A program made the position numbers and the translations under genes. Positions 1 to 9,035 of a stretch of 64,000 nt of DNA are shown here, piece after piece; position 1 is the first letter of the stretch; the number at the start of each line of letters is the position of its first letter. The notes beneath the pieces were generated by a model. It was not told the origin of the DNA and did no database searches. It worked only from the letters and a program-made list of their open reading frames with translations. Origin of the DNA: Alphaproteobacteria bacterium UBA3002 (GTDB lineage: Bacteria > Pseudomonadota > Alphaproteobacteria > Rickettsiales > UBA3002); assembly GCA_002346425.1 (NCBI GenBank), contig DDZS01000035.1, positions 45,835-109,834 of the forward strand. The letters run 5' to 3'.

Positions 1-1895
1 AGTTCCAAACCCTGGCCGATGGCATTCCCCAGCTGGCATGGATGGCTGACAGCAATGTCTCGATTTTCTGGTACAATAAGCGCTGGTACGATTATACCGG
101 CACCACTTTCGAAGATATGAAAGGGTTAGGCTGGAAAAAGGTCCATCACCCCGATCACATCGCGCGCGTAACGCAAAAAGTGCTGGAAAGCTTTGCTAAA
201 GGCGAGGCATGGGAGGATACGTTCCCACTACGCGGTAAAGATGGCGAATTTCGCTGGTTCCTGTCGCGTGCGATGCCGATACGTGATTCGAATGGTGTGA
301 TACGCACTTGGTTCGGTACCAATACTGATATTACCGAACAACGCGAGCTCGATGCCTTATTGCGTGAGAGCGAAACGAAGTTCCGAGTGATGGCCGACAC
401 TATCGACCAAATGATCTGGGTGACCCGGCCCGATGGCTATCACGAATATTTCAATCAGCGCTGGTATGAATATACCGGGCTGCCCGAAGGTTCGACGGAT
501 GGAGAAGATTGGAACGGTGTCTTTCACCCAGACGATCAGGAGCGGGCGCGTCACCGCTGGCAGCATTCGCTAAAAACCGGCATTCCTTACGAGATTGAAT
601 ATCGATTGCGTTTCGCCGATGGCAACTACCGCTGGGTGCTGGGTCGCGCCATGCCGATGCGCGATGAGAAAGGGGTTATCGTCAAATGGTTCGGCACCTG
701 CACCGACGTGCATGCCCTAAAAGAAGCCGAAGCTAAGGCCGAAGCTGCCAGTCTGGCTAAATCCGAATTTCTGGCGAATATGAGCCACGAAATCCGAACG
801 CCGATGAATGCGGTGGTCGGTTTGTCTTCCATTTTATCGCATCGCAAGGATTTGCCGGCCGATGTGAAGGATTTAATCACCACGTTACAGCTTTCTTCGC
901 AGTCGCTGATGGATTTGATCAATGATTTGCTCGATGTGTCCAAAATCGAAACCAACCGGATTGAGCTGGAAAAGATTGATTTCGACGTCAATAAAATGCT
1001 GCATGAGGTGGCGAGTATCCACCGCGTGCGAGCGGAAGAAAAAGGCATTACGCTTCAAAAAGAAATCCAGCCCGATGTTCCGCCTTATGTCACGGGCGAC
1101 CCGGCGCGTATTCGTCAGGTGCTGATGAATTTGCTGAGTAATGCTGTGAAATTTACCGATGCTGGTACGGTTACCTTAAGCTGCCGTGCCGATGCCGCTC
1201 AGGGTGACAATGTCAGCATGCTGTTTTTCAGTGTGACCGATACGGGGATTGGTATTCCGGAAAATAAACTCGAAATGATCTTCGAGAAATTCACCCAAGC
1301 CGATAGTTCCCACACGCGTTTGTATGGCGGCACCGGTCTTGGCCTTGCCATCAGCAAAAACCTCGCATCGATTATGGGCGGCAATCTTATGGTAGAAAGC
1401 ACTCCATGCAAAGGAACATGCTTTACCTTATGTGTGCCATTACCCGTCGCCGAATTGCCAAGCCTGCCATCGCTAGAGTCTAGCATCATTAAAGAAGCCC
1501 CAAAATCAGTGGGTCATGTGTTACTGGTCGAAGATTATCCAGCAAATGTGCTTGTGGCGACGCATGTGCTGAAAGGGTTAGGCTATACCTATGACGTGCT
1601 CGACAACGGCCAAGCGGCGCTTGATCAGTTAAAGAAGCCGGAGCGCCAAAAATGGGACGCGGTGTTGATGGATGTGCAGATGCCCGAACTTGACGGGCTG
1701 GAAGCAACCCGCCGGCTGCGTGCTGCCGAAGAAGCGCAAGGACTAGCGCGCATTCCCGTCATCGCGATGACCGCCCATGCATTAGTGAAAGATCGCGAAC
1801 GCTGTCTGAATGCAGGGATGGATCATTACATTAGCAAGCCGTTTGATCCGGATGAGTTGCAATCCATTCTGGACCAGATCAAAACCGCCGCGTAA
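1..1895 (+). CDS. hybrid sensor histidine kinase / response regulator (PAS-PAS-HisKA-HATPase_c-REC); 5' end lies outside the window
   Basis: Frame 3 is open from base 3 (FQTLADGIPQLAWMADS...), so the listed ATG at 42 is internal. There are two PAS-like repeats (WF(G)T(N/C)TDI/V). H-box SHEIRTPMN, HATPase motifs DTGIGI and GGTGLGLAI, and a C-terminal receiver (LLVEDYPANV...DVQMPELDG...KP) are present. Confidence 0.9.
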   Translation, partial: FQTLADGIPQLAWMADSNVSIFWYNKRWYDYTGTTFEDMKGLGWKKVHHPDHIARVTQKVLESFAKGEAWEDTFPLRGKDGEFRWFLSRAMPIRDSNGVIRTWFGTNTDITEQRELDALLRESETKFRVMADTIDQMIWVTRPDGYHEYFNQRWYEYTGLPEGSTDGEDWNGVFHPDDQERARHRWQHSLKTGIPYEIEYRLRFADGNYRWVLGRAMPMRDEKGVIVKWFGTCTDVHALKEAEAKAEAASLAKSEFLANMSHEIRTPMNAVVGLSSILSHRKDLPADVKDLITTLQLSSQSLMDLINDLLDVSKIETNRIELEKIDFDVNKMLHEVASIHRVRAEEKGITLQKEIQPDVPPYVTGDPARIRQVLMNLLSNAVKFTDAGTVTLSCRADAAQGDNVSMLFFSVTDTGIGIPENKLEMIFEKFTQADSSHTRLYGGTGLGLAISKNLASIMGGNLMVESTPCKGTCFTLCVPLPVAELPSLPSLESSIIKEAPKSVGHVLLVEDYPANVLVATHVLKGLGYTYDVLDNGQAALDQLKKPERQKWDAVLMDVQMPELDGLEATRRLRAAEEAQGLARIPVIAMTAHALVKDRERCLNAGMDHYISKPFDPDELQSILDQIKTAA

Positions 1896-1905
1896 TACTA
1901 TCCGT

Positions 1906-2910
1906 ATGGACATTCTTGACATTGCAGGCACGCATATTGCGCGGGGGGAGCGCCGCCGCATTACCATTAACGTTGCACCGCTGTATGATTTTACGCCTTC
2001 CGGCATTCCCGTCGAAGTCGTGCGCGGCAAAGAAGATGGCCCGACCCTGTTTATCTCCTCCACCCTGCATGGCGATGAGATCAATGGCGTCGATATTATC
2101 CGCCGCTTACTGAACCATAAGCGCCTGAAGGGCATCAATGGGACGCTGATCGCCGTGCCGATTGTCAATGTCTTCGGGTTTAATACGAAAATCCGCTATT
2201 TGCCTGACCGGCGTGATTTGAACCGCTGCTTCCCCGGGAGCAAAGATGGTTCACTGGCTGATCAACTGGCGCATGTGTTCATGGAAGAAGTCGTCTCGCG
2301 CTGCACGCATGGGATCGACCTGCATACCGGTGCGATACATCGCAGTAATCTCCCGCAAATCCGCGCCTGTATGGATGATGCGGAAACCCGGCGACTCGCC
2401 GAAGCCTTTGGCGTACCGGTGATTATGAACTCAGACATCCGCGATGGTTCATTGCGCGAAGCGGCGCGCGCTTATGGCATTCCCACCTTGCTTTATGAAG
2501 CGGGCGAAGCCTTACGCTTTGACGAAAAAGCCAGCCGCATTGGTGTGCGCGGCATCTTGAATGTGATGGAAGCCATCGGCATGCTGGCTCCCGATCCGAA
2601 AGCGCCGGAAAAAACCACCGCATTCTACGCGCGTAGCAGCTATTGGGTCCGCGCACCCTATAGCGGGATTATGCATGCCAAAAAACATTTGGGCGACCAT
2701 GTCAGCAAAGGTCAATTACTCGCCGTTATCACCGATCCCTTCGGTCAGCATCGTTACGACATCACGGCTAAATCCGATGGGATTGTCATTGGCATGAGCA
2801 TGCTTCCGTTGTTCAATCAAGGCGATGCCGTCTTCCATATCGCAACATTTAAAGACGCTAAACTCGTCGAAACCCATATCGACGGGCATGCGGAAACCTT
2901 TGTGCTGTAG
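1906..2910 (+). CDS. succinylglutamate desuccinylase/aspartoacylase (M14 AstE/AspA) family metallopeptidase
   Basis: The ORF is 1810..2910. The in-frame ATG at 1906 (MDILDIAGTH...) avoids overlap with the upstream kinase. The family-typical zinc motif region STLHGDEINGV is present, and length is about 334 aa. Confidence 0.8.
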   Translation: MDILDIAGTHIARGERRRITINVAPLYDFTPSGIPVEVVRGKEDGPTLFISSTLHGDEINGVDIIRRLLNHKRLKGINGTLIAVPIVNVFGFNTKIRYLPDRRDLNRCFPGSKDGSLADQLAHVFMEEVVSRCTHGIDLHTGAIHRSNLPQIRACMDDAETRRLAEAFGVPVIMNSDIRDGSLREAARAYGIPTLLYEAGEALRFDEKASRIGVRGILNVMEAIGMLAPDPKAPEKTTAFYARSSYWVRAPYSGIMHAKKHLGDHVSKGQLLAVITDPFGQHRYDITAKSDGIVIGMSMLPLFNQGDAVFHIATFKDAKLVETHIDGHAETFVL

Positions 2911-2918
2911 ATTACTGC

Positions 2919-3009
2919 GTCATCCTGAGCGTTAGCGAAGGATCTACTGCCGCATGCCGTGAAGGCGCAGTTTGCCGAAACAGGTTCTTCACCTTCGATT
3001 CAGGATAAC
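2919..3009. repeat. palindromic MITE/REP-like intergenic element with imperfect terminal inverted repeats
   Basis: The left end gtcatcctgagcgttagcgaagg and right end ccttcgattcaggataac are imperfect inverted repeats (gtcatcctga / tcaggataac; cgaagg / ccttcg). The element fills the gap between two convergent genes. Confidence 0.6.
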
Positions 3010-3011
3010 GA

Positions 3012-3851
3012 TTAGGTCAGATGCTTCGCATGATGGCGCAGGTGATCGCCGATGAAACTCTGGATGAAATAATAGCTATGGTCATAGTCTGGTTGCATGC
3101 GCAGTTCCAGCGGCTGGCCGACTTTGGCGCAGGCTTCGGCAAAGCGTTCCGGTTTTAGCTGCTCTTCCAAGAATTGATCGCCGGTGCCCTGATCGATCAG
3201 GATCGTCGGGGCACTCGCCTTGCCTTTGTCGCTAATTAACATCGTCGCATCATAGGCCGCCCAGTCATCGCGGTTATCGCCCAGATAGCGCGAAAAGGCT
3301 TTCTCGCCCCACGGCACTTGCGTAGGTGCCACAATCGGCGAAAAGGCCGATACGCTGTGCCATTTATCGGGATTTTTCAGATATTGCACAAGCGCGCCAT
3401 GCCCGCCCATCGAATGGCCGCACAGGCTTTGCTTATCGGCTAGCACCGGGAATTCCTGCGGAATCAGTGTATATAATTCTTCGGCGATATAGTCTTCCAT
3501 CCGGTAATGCTTCGCCCAGGGCTGCTGCATCGCGTTCAGGTAAAAACCCGCGCCTTTGCCGAAATCGTAACTATCGGCATCGTCCGGCACATCATCCCCG
3601 CGCGGCGACGTATCCGGTGCCAGAATCGCCAATCCGAGTTCGGCAGCAATGCCATAGGCCCCGGCCTTGGTCGTAAAATTTTCATGGCTACAGGTCAGGC
3701 CGGAGAGAAACGTCACCAGCGGCACCTTCCCCTCTTTCGCCTGCGGTGGCAGGTAAAGCGAAAAGGTCATCCGGCAATTCAGTGCGGCGCTGTCATGCTC
3801 ATACACACTGATCGTCCCGCCGAAACACGCTTGTTGGGATTTCTGTTCCAT
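3012..3851 (-). CDS. fghA: S-formylglutathione hydrolase (esterase D family)
   Basis: Start taken at MEQKSQQACFGGT (ATG at 3851), preceded by GAGGAGG 5 nt upstream. Serine hydrolase motif GHSMGGHGAL is present. Length is 279 aa and the gene is adjacent to frmA. Confidence 0.9.
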   Translation of the reverse strand: MEQKSQQACFGGTISVYEHDSAALNCRMTFSLYLPPQAKEGKVPLVTFLSGLTCSHENFTTKAGAYGIAAELGLAILAPDTSPRGDDVPDDADSYDFGKGAGFYLNAMQQPWAKHYRMEDYIAEELYTLIPQEFPVLADKQSLCGHSMGGHGALVQYLKNPDKWHSVSAFSPIVAPTQVPWGEKAFSRYLGDNRDDWAAYDATMLISDKGKASAPTILIDQGTGDQFLEEQLKPERFAEACAKVGQPLELRMQPDYDHSYYFIQSFIGDHLRHHAKHLT

Positions 3852-3865
3852 TGCATCCTCCTCAC

Positions 3866-3935
3866 CTGTCATACCGGTGAAGGCCGGTATCCAGAGCAAC
3901 TATCCGCTAGACCTCGGCCTGCGCCGGGGTGACAG
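3866..3935. repeat. long imperfect palindromic element made of two inverted half-copies (ctgtcaYMccggYgMaggccg)
   Basis: Left arm is ctgtcataccggtgaaggccggtatccag. The right arm, reverse-complemented, is ctgtcaccccggcgcaggccgaggtctag. An internal perfect hairpin ataccgg-tgaagg-ccggtat is present. Its translation produces the spurious IPAFTGMTG peptide on the long fghA ORF. Confidence 0.6.
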
Positions 3936-3939
3936 ATTA

Positions 3940-5046
3940 TTAGTATAAAATCACGCTGCGAATCGACTCGCCTTTGTGCATCAGGTCGAACGCCGTGTTG
4001 ATCTCATCCAGCGGCATGGTGTGCGTCACCAGTGAATCAATATTGATTTTGCCGTCCATATACCAATCGACGATTTTCGGCACATCGGTGCGGCCACGTG
4101 CGCCGCCAAAGGCCGAACCGCGCCAGACACGGCCCGTCACCAGTTGGAAAGGTCGCGTGGCAATTTCCTTGCCCGCGCCCGCAACGCCGATAATCACCGA
4201 TTCGCCCCAGCCTTTGTGACAGCATTCCAGCGCCTGGCGCATCACATCGACATTGCCGATACATTCGAAACTGTAATCCACCCCGCCTTTGGTCAGATCG
4301 ACAATCGCTTCGACGACATTGTCGACGTCTTTCGGGTTGATGAAATCGGTCATGCCGAATTGCTCGGCCATTTTACGTTTCGAGGGATCGAGATCCACGC
4401 CTATGATGCGGTCGCAGCCCACCATGCGCGCGCCCTGAATCACGTTCAGGCCAATATTGCCTAACCCAAAGACCGCCACCGTGCTTCCGGGCTCGACTTT
4501 CGCATCCCATACCACCGCACCAATGCCGGTGGTCACACCGCAACCAATGGTACAGATTTTATCAAATGGCGCATCCTCGCGCACTTTAGCGACGGCGATT
4601 TCCGGCAATACGGTAAAGTTGGAGAAGGTCGAGGTGCCCATATAATGCAGCACCTTGTCGCCGTTCCAAGAGAAGCGGCTGGAGCCGTCGGGCATCACGC
4701 CTTTGCCTTGCGTTTCGCGGATCGCCTGACAGAGATTGGTTTTCGGATGCAGGCAAAAATCGCATTCGCGGCATTCCGGCGTATAAAGCGGAATCACATG
4801 ATCGCCCGGTTTTACCGAGGTCACGCCTGCGCCAACTTCGCGCACGATGCCCGCGCCTTCATGCCCAAGAATCGCCGGAAACGCGCCTTCGGGATCTTCG
4901 CCCGAGAGCGTGAAGGCGTCGGTATGGCAAACGCCGGTGGCCATATTCTCCACCAACACTTCGCCCGCTTTCGGACCTTCCAGATCGACCTCGTCAATGA
5001 TCAGCGGTTCGCCCGCTTTCGTTGCAATCGCGGCACGTGTTTTCAT
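3940..5046 (-). CDS. frmA: S-(hydroxymethyl)glutathione dehydrogenase / class III alcohol dehydrogenase
   Basis: 368 aa. The zinc-ADH signature [12 protein letters not shown] and the structural-zinc cysteines [15 protein letters not shown] are present. It ends VILY as in class III ADH and sits next to fghA. Confidence 0.93.
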   Translation of the reverse strand: MKTRAAIATKAGEPLIIDEVDLEGPKAGEVLVENMATGVCHTDAFTLSGEDPEGAFPAILGHEGAGIVREVGAGVTSVKPGDHVIPLYTPECRECDFCLHPKTNLCQAIRETQGKGVMPDGSSRFSWNGDKVLHYMGTSTFSNFTVLPEIAVAKVREDAPFDKICTIGCGVTTGIGAVVWDAKVEPGSTVAVFGLGNIGLNVIQGARMVGCDRIIGVDLDPSKRKMAEQFGMTDFINPKDVDNVVEAIVDLTKGGVDYSFECIGNVDVMRQALECCHKGWGESVIIGVAGAGKEIATRPFQLVTGRVWRGSAFGGARGRTDVPKIVDWYMDGKINIDSLVTHTMPLDEINTAFDLMHKGESIRSVILY

Positions 5047-5062
5047 AAGACTCTCCTATGGG

Positions 5063-6061
5063 TTATGCTGCGGCGCTTTTGCTCGCGAACAGGCCTTCTA
5101 CTGCGGCGCGTTCTTCACGCAGCTCTTTCTCGGTCGCGTCCATCCGCTCACGCGAGAAGTCGTTGATCTCGAGCCCTTGCACGATTTCATACTTCCCGTT
5201 TTTGCATGTTACCGGGTAACCGTAAATCACACCCGGCGCGATGCCATAAGACCCGTCAGACGGAATCGCCATAGAGACATATTCGCCGTCTTTTGTGCCC
5301 TGTGCCCAGTCACGCATATGGTCGATCGCTGCCGAAGCCGCGCTTGCCGCCGAAGATGCGCCGCGTGCTTTGATGATCGCTGCGCCACGTTGTTGCACAT
5401 CGGGAATAAAGGTCGATTCGTACCAACCCTGATCGACTTTGCTTAAGGCTTTTTCGCCCTTCACCGTCGCCTGATGCAGGTCGGGATATTGCGTGGAGCT
5501 ATGATTGCCCCAGATAATCAGGTTTTTGACATCCGACGAATGCGCGCCGGTTTTTTCCGCCAACTGGCTCATCGCGCGGTTATGATCAAGCCGCACCATC
5601 GCGGTAAAGCATTTCGGATCGAGATCGGGCGCGTTCTGCTGCGCGATAAGCGCGTTGGTATTCGCCGGGTTACCAACGACCAACACTTTCACGTCGCGTT
5701 TGGCATGCGCGTTCAGCGCCTTGCCCTGCGGCCCGAAAATGGCGCCATTGGCTTCCAGCAAGTCCTTACGTTCCATGCCCGCGCCGCGTGGACGCGCACC
5801 AACCAGAAATGCGAAATCGGCATCTTTGAAAGCGACATTCGCATCATCCGTCGCGATGACGTCTTGCAAAAGCGGGAAGGCACAATCATTCAGCTCCATC
5901 ACCACACCCTTCAACGCATCCAGCGCCGGGGTAATTTCCAGCAATTGCAGAATCACCGGCTGATCTTTGCCGAGCATATCGCCCGAGGCTAAACGGAATA
6001 ATAAGGCGTAACCGATATGGCCAGCCGCGCCGGTAATGGCAATACGAACAGGTGCTTTCAT
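5063..6061 (-). CDS. mdh: malate dehydrogenase (LDH-like type 2 MDH)
   Basis: Start at [18 protein letters not shown], with a GGGAGA RBS upstream. The NAD fold ITGAAG.IG and the motif [12 protein letters not shown] are present. Confidence 0.92.
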   Translation of the reverse strand: MKAPVRIAITGAAGHIGYALLFRLASGDMLGKDQPVILQLLEITPALDALKGVVMELNDCAFPLLQDVIATDDANVAFKDADFAFLVGARPRGAGMERKDLLEANGAIFGPQGKALNAHAKRDVKVLVVGNPANTNALIAQQNAPDLDPKCFTAMVRLDHNRAMSQLAEKTGAHSSDVKNLIIWGNHSSTQYPDLHQATVKGEKALSKVDQGWYESTFIPDVQQRGAAIIKARGASSAASAASAAIDHMRDWAQGTKDGEYVSMAIPSDGSYGIAPGVIYGYPVTCKNGKYEIVQGLEINDFSRERMDATEKELREERAAVEGLFASKSAAA

Positions 6062-6166
6062 GAAATTTTCTCCCTTGGTTGCGTGATAGATAAGTCCTGT
6101 CATAGCAGAAACAAGGCAAAGCTGTCATTGAATTTGCGCCGGACACGTGGCATAAGCGCTTCCAAT

Positions 6167-6243
6167 GGTCCCGTAGCTCAGCTGGATAGAGTGTCAGATT
6201 CCGAATCTGAAGGTCGTGGGTTCGAATCCCGCCGGGACCACCA
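6167..6243 (+). tRNA. tRNA-Arg (anticodon CCG), 77 nt with encoded CCA
   Basis: Hand-folded cloverleaf. Acceptor GGTCCCG/CGGGACC; D stem GCTC/GAGT; anticodon stem TCAGA/TCTGA with loop TTCCGAA (CCG at positions 34-36). T arm GTGGG-TTCGAAT-CCCGC, discriminator A, then CCA. Confidence 0.93.
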
Positions 6244-6258
6244 TTCTAGTAAGAATAA

Positions 6259-6933
6259 TTAATTCTTATATCGGGCAGGCGTTACGCAAACATTGCGCCA
6301 ATAGGTCACAAAAGTGACAATATCTTGCACATACATGTCTGATTGCGCGTTTTTTTGGATATAGCCGCTGGCGTGTGCGTCATACGCCGCTAATAGATCC
6401 TGCACGCGAATACTATTACTCAGCATCACCACGGGCAGTTGTTTAAAGCTAGATTTTTTCAACTCTTTCAAGGCATCGATGCCATTGGTGCGCGGCATAT
6501 TAATGTCCATTAAAATCACATCCGGTAACGCACTCATAGATTTTAACGTCTGCAGTAGTTTATCCGCTTCATAGACATGAATGATTTCAACGGGCGTATC
6601 CGTTTCCTGAATCGCTTCCATCAATAAAATAACATCTGCTGAGTCATCTTCCACAATCATTAACCGGAGTTTACGCGGTTCTTCTCGTGTTAGCAGTGTT
6701 GGCGCTGTCACGGGCTCTTCATTCAATCCCTCCAATAAGTCAGAAGCTTCAAGGTTCAGGCATCGCGCTAATGGGATGAGTTTGCTAACGCTGATTGTGT
6801 TTTCGCCCGATTCGTAGCGCTGGATCTGTTGCGCAGAAAGCTGCAGAAGCTCACCAAGTTCAGCCTGACTCAACCCCAATTGCGTGCGCCGCTGCTTTAT
6901 CTTTTTTCCTAAAACAACATCGATCTGTTTCAT
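6259..6933 (-). CDS. atypical response regulator: N-terminal XRE-type HTH followed by C-terminal CheY-like receiver
   Basis: Start at MKQIDVVLGKKIKQRRTQLGLSQAELG (ATG at 6933). The HTH_3 pattern is LSQAELGELLQLSAQQIQRYESGEN. The receiver shows LMIVEDDSADV ... DVILMDINMPRTNG ... K. The gene is visibly more AT-rich than the flanking core genes. Confidence 0.8.
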   Translation of the reverse strand: MKQIDVVLGKKIKQRRTQLGLSQAELGELLQLSAQQIQRYESGENTISVSKLIPLARCLNLEASDLLEGLNEEPVTAPTLLTREEPRKLRLMIVEDDSADVILLMEAIQETDTPVEIIHVYEADKLLQTLKSMSALPDVILMDINMPRTNGIDALKELKKSSFKQLPVVMLSNSIRVQDLLAAYDAHASGYIQKNAQSDMYVQDIVTFVTYWRNVCVTPARYKN

Positions 6934-7075
6934 ATGCCCCCCTTTTAAGGGATTTATCGTACAGCAAATAATCAAAGCTTTAAAGTCTTAGAAAATCATC
7001 TGACAATGAGACTACTCACAAAAAACCAATTGGCAGTAAAATAACCTACTAATCTTTCTTGTTATTTTTGGAATT

Positions 7076-7090
7076 ACCCGTCTGACGGGT
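7076..7090. promoter_or_regulatory. perfect 15 bp palindrome ACCCGTC-T-GACGGGT, candidate operator in the divergent promoter region
   Basis: Read directly from the sequence. It lies 5 nt upstream of a candidate -35 for the MCP gene, between the divergent HTH-REC and MCP genes. Confidence 0.35.
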
Positions 7091-7094
7091 TTTA

Positions 7095-7122
7095 TTGCCT
7101 CAATTATCACGTCCAATATAAC
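7095..7122 (+). promoter_or_regulatory. candidate sigma70-type promoter of the MCP gene
   Basis: TTGCCT, a 16 nt spacer, then TATAAC. The pair lies 65 nt upstream of the ATG, and AAGGAG RBS is at 7175-7180. This is a by-eye call only. Confidence 0.3.
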
Positions 7123-7186
7123 CACATTTTTCTCTATGATTATTAATAGATAAACACACATAAAAAATTAATTTTAAGGAGCCCAA

Positions 7187-8890
7187 ATGAAACTTTTCTC
7201 CGGTACTCGCACACAAAAAAGCGCTCAGGAGTTAACCGCTTTACAGCGGTCGATGGCGGTTATTCGTTTTACTCCTGAGGGTATAATTTTAGATGCTAAT
7301 GATAATTTTCTAACCGCCACTGGCTATGACGTAGAAGAAGTGGTGGGTCATCACCACCGTATGTTTATGGATCCTACCGAAGCGGCTACGTCTGATTATG
7401 AGACATTTTGGAAGCAGTTGGCGCAGGGAGAGTTTCTGTCCGGTCAATTCCGACGCATTGCAAAATCCGGTGCCGATCTCTGGATTGAGGCCACCTATAA
7501 TCCTATCCTGGATAACGACGGGAAGGTGATCGAGGTGGTGAAATATGCCAGTGATGTGACACAAGAAAAATTGCTGAGCGCCGATTATAATGGGCAATTA
7601 CAGGCCATTTCAAAAGCGATGGCGGTCATTGAGTTTGATCCAGATGGGAATATCCTCCGGGCGAATGATAATTTTTTAGCCGCAATGGGCTATACGTCTG
7701 AAGAAGTAATCGGCCAGCATCATCGCATCTTTGTCGATGCCGCTTATGCTAATAGCGACGACTATGCTCAGTTATGGACACGTCTTCGTGACGGTCATCA
7801 TGTAAGCGACGAATTTCAACGCTTTGGCAAAGATGGTAAAGAAGTCTGGATTCAGGCCAGCTACAATCCTATCCTCGACATGAATGGCAAGCCCTTCAAA
7901 GTCGTCAAATATGCGACGGATATCACGGCGTCTAAGTTACAAAATGCCTATTTTGCCGGGCAGATAGAAGCGATCGGCAAATCGCAAGCCGTGATTGAAT
8001 TTGATATCAATGGCATTATCCAAACCGCCAACTCGGTTTTCTTAACCGCAGTGGGATATCGGTTGGATGAAATCCAAGGTCAGCACCATCGTATTTTTGT
8101 GGCACCCGAAGAACGCGACAGCAAAGAATATACGGATTTTTGGGCACGCTTAAAATCTGGCCAGTATGATGCACGGGTGTATAAACGCCTGCGTAAAGAC
8201 GGCAGCGAAATATGGATTCAGGCCTCCTATAATCCGATTAAAGATGCGAATGGCATCCCCTATAAAGTCGTTAAATATGCGACCGATGTGACGCGGGTGA
8301 TCCAAACTTCCGGCATGGCGCAGGAAAGCGTCTATAACCTGCAAAGTGTCGCTACCGCGGTTGAGGAGTTATCGGCTTCTGTAAAAGAAATTAGCTCCAA
8401 CATGGTCGATTCGAATAATTCGACCTCTGGCATTCTGCAAAGCTCGATTCAGACGTATGGCGAGACGGAGCGTTTGGTAAGTAGTGTGGAAAAAATGAGC
8501 GACGTGGTCAATTTGATCAATGATATCGCTGGCAAAATCAATCTTCTTGCTCTGAACGCGACCATTGAATCGGCGCGCGCAGGGGAAGCGGGCAAAGGCT
8601 TTGCCGTCGTGGCCTCGGAAGTGAAAACGCTGGCGACCCAGACCGCGAAAGCGACTGACGAGATCGCCGAAGAAATCTCGGCCCTGCAAACCATCGCGCG
8701 CACCGTTGCGGAAAGCGTGAATCATATCCGTAACGACGCGCAAACCGTCAGCGAGAAGGTAGCCAGCACCGCTTCTGCCATTGAAGAACAAAGCGCAGTA
8801 ACCAGCGAAATATCCGGCAATACGCAACGCGTCGCCGGTTCAATTGAAGAGATCGCGTATCGTATCAACGAATTATCGGCGGTGAATTAA
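7187..8890 (+). CDS. soluble methyl-accepting chemotaxis-type transducer with three tandem PAS domains
   Basis: No hydrophobic TM segment is seen. Three repeats of about 120 aa share AVI(R/E)F..(E/D/N)G.I..AN..FL.A.GY...E..G(H/Q)HHR(M/I)F and W(I)(E/Q)A(T/S)YNPI...G....VVKYA(S/T)D(V/I)T. The C-terminal MCP hairpin core is [31 protein letters not shown]. Confidence 0.88.
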   Translation: MKLFSGTRTQKSAQELTALQRSMAVIRFTPEGIILDANDNFLTATGYDVEEVVGHHHRMFMDPTEAATSDYETFWKQLAQGEFLSGQFRRIAKSGADLWIEATYNPILDNDGKVIEVVKYASDVTQEKLLSADYNGQLQAISKAMAVIEFDPDGNILRANDNFLAAMGYTSEEVIGQHHRIFVDAAYANSDDYAQLWTRLRDGHHVSDEFQRFGKDGKEVWIQASYNPILDMNGKPFKVVKYATDITASKLQNAYFAGQIEAIGKSQAVIEFDINGIIQTANSVFLTAVGYRLDEIQGQHHRIFVAPEERDSKEYTDFWARLKSGQYDARVYKRLRKDGSEIWIQASYNPIKDANGIPYKVVKYATDVTRVIQTSGMAQESVYNLQSVATAVEELSASVKEISSNMVDSNNSTSGILQSSIQTYGETERLVSSVEKMSDVVNLINDIAGKINLLALNATIESARAGEAGKGFAVVASEVKTLATQTAKATDEIAEEISALQTIARTVAESVNHIRNDAQTVSEKVASTASAIEEQSAVTSEISGNTQRVAGSIEEIAYRINELSAVN

Positions 8891-9035
8891 GGACCGCGGT
8901 AAAAGCGTTATGGCAAGGTGCCCGCAGCCGACACCTTTGTGACTAAACTAAGCTCCGAGTCACCTGTGTTCCGGCATAAAGCGGAACCTTGCCAGCTTCT
9001 ATCCTTATTTAAGCAGCTCACATTCTATAAAAAAA

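Noticed and set aside
1810-1905. Upstream extension of the AstE/AspA-family ORF
   Set aside because: It would overlap the kinase C terminus by 86 nt. The ATG at 1906 begins just after the kinase stop.
3852-3899. N-terminal extension MLWIPAFTGMTGEEDA on the long fghA ORF
   Set aside because: This is the translation of the palindromic repeat at 3866-3935. The ATG at 3851 has a strong GAGGAGG RBS and gives the expected protein length.
4645-5446. 173 aa and 199 aa ORFs on the + strand
   Set aside because: They are antisense to frmA and mdh, with Arg/Ala/Cys-rich nonsense-like sequence. They are shadow ORFs.
6244-9035. Classical tRNA-integrated genomic island
   Set aside because: There is no integrase, no visible direct repeat of the tRNA-Arg 3' end at the distal boundary, and no mobility genes. 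I retain it only as an accessory, compositionally atypical module.
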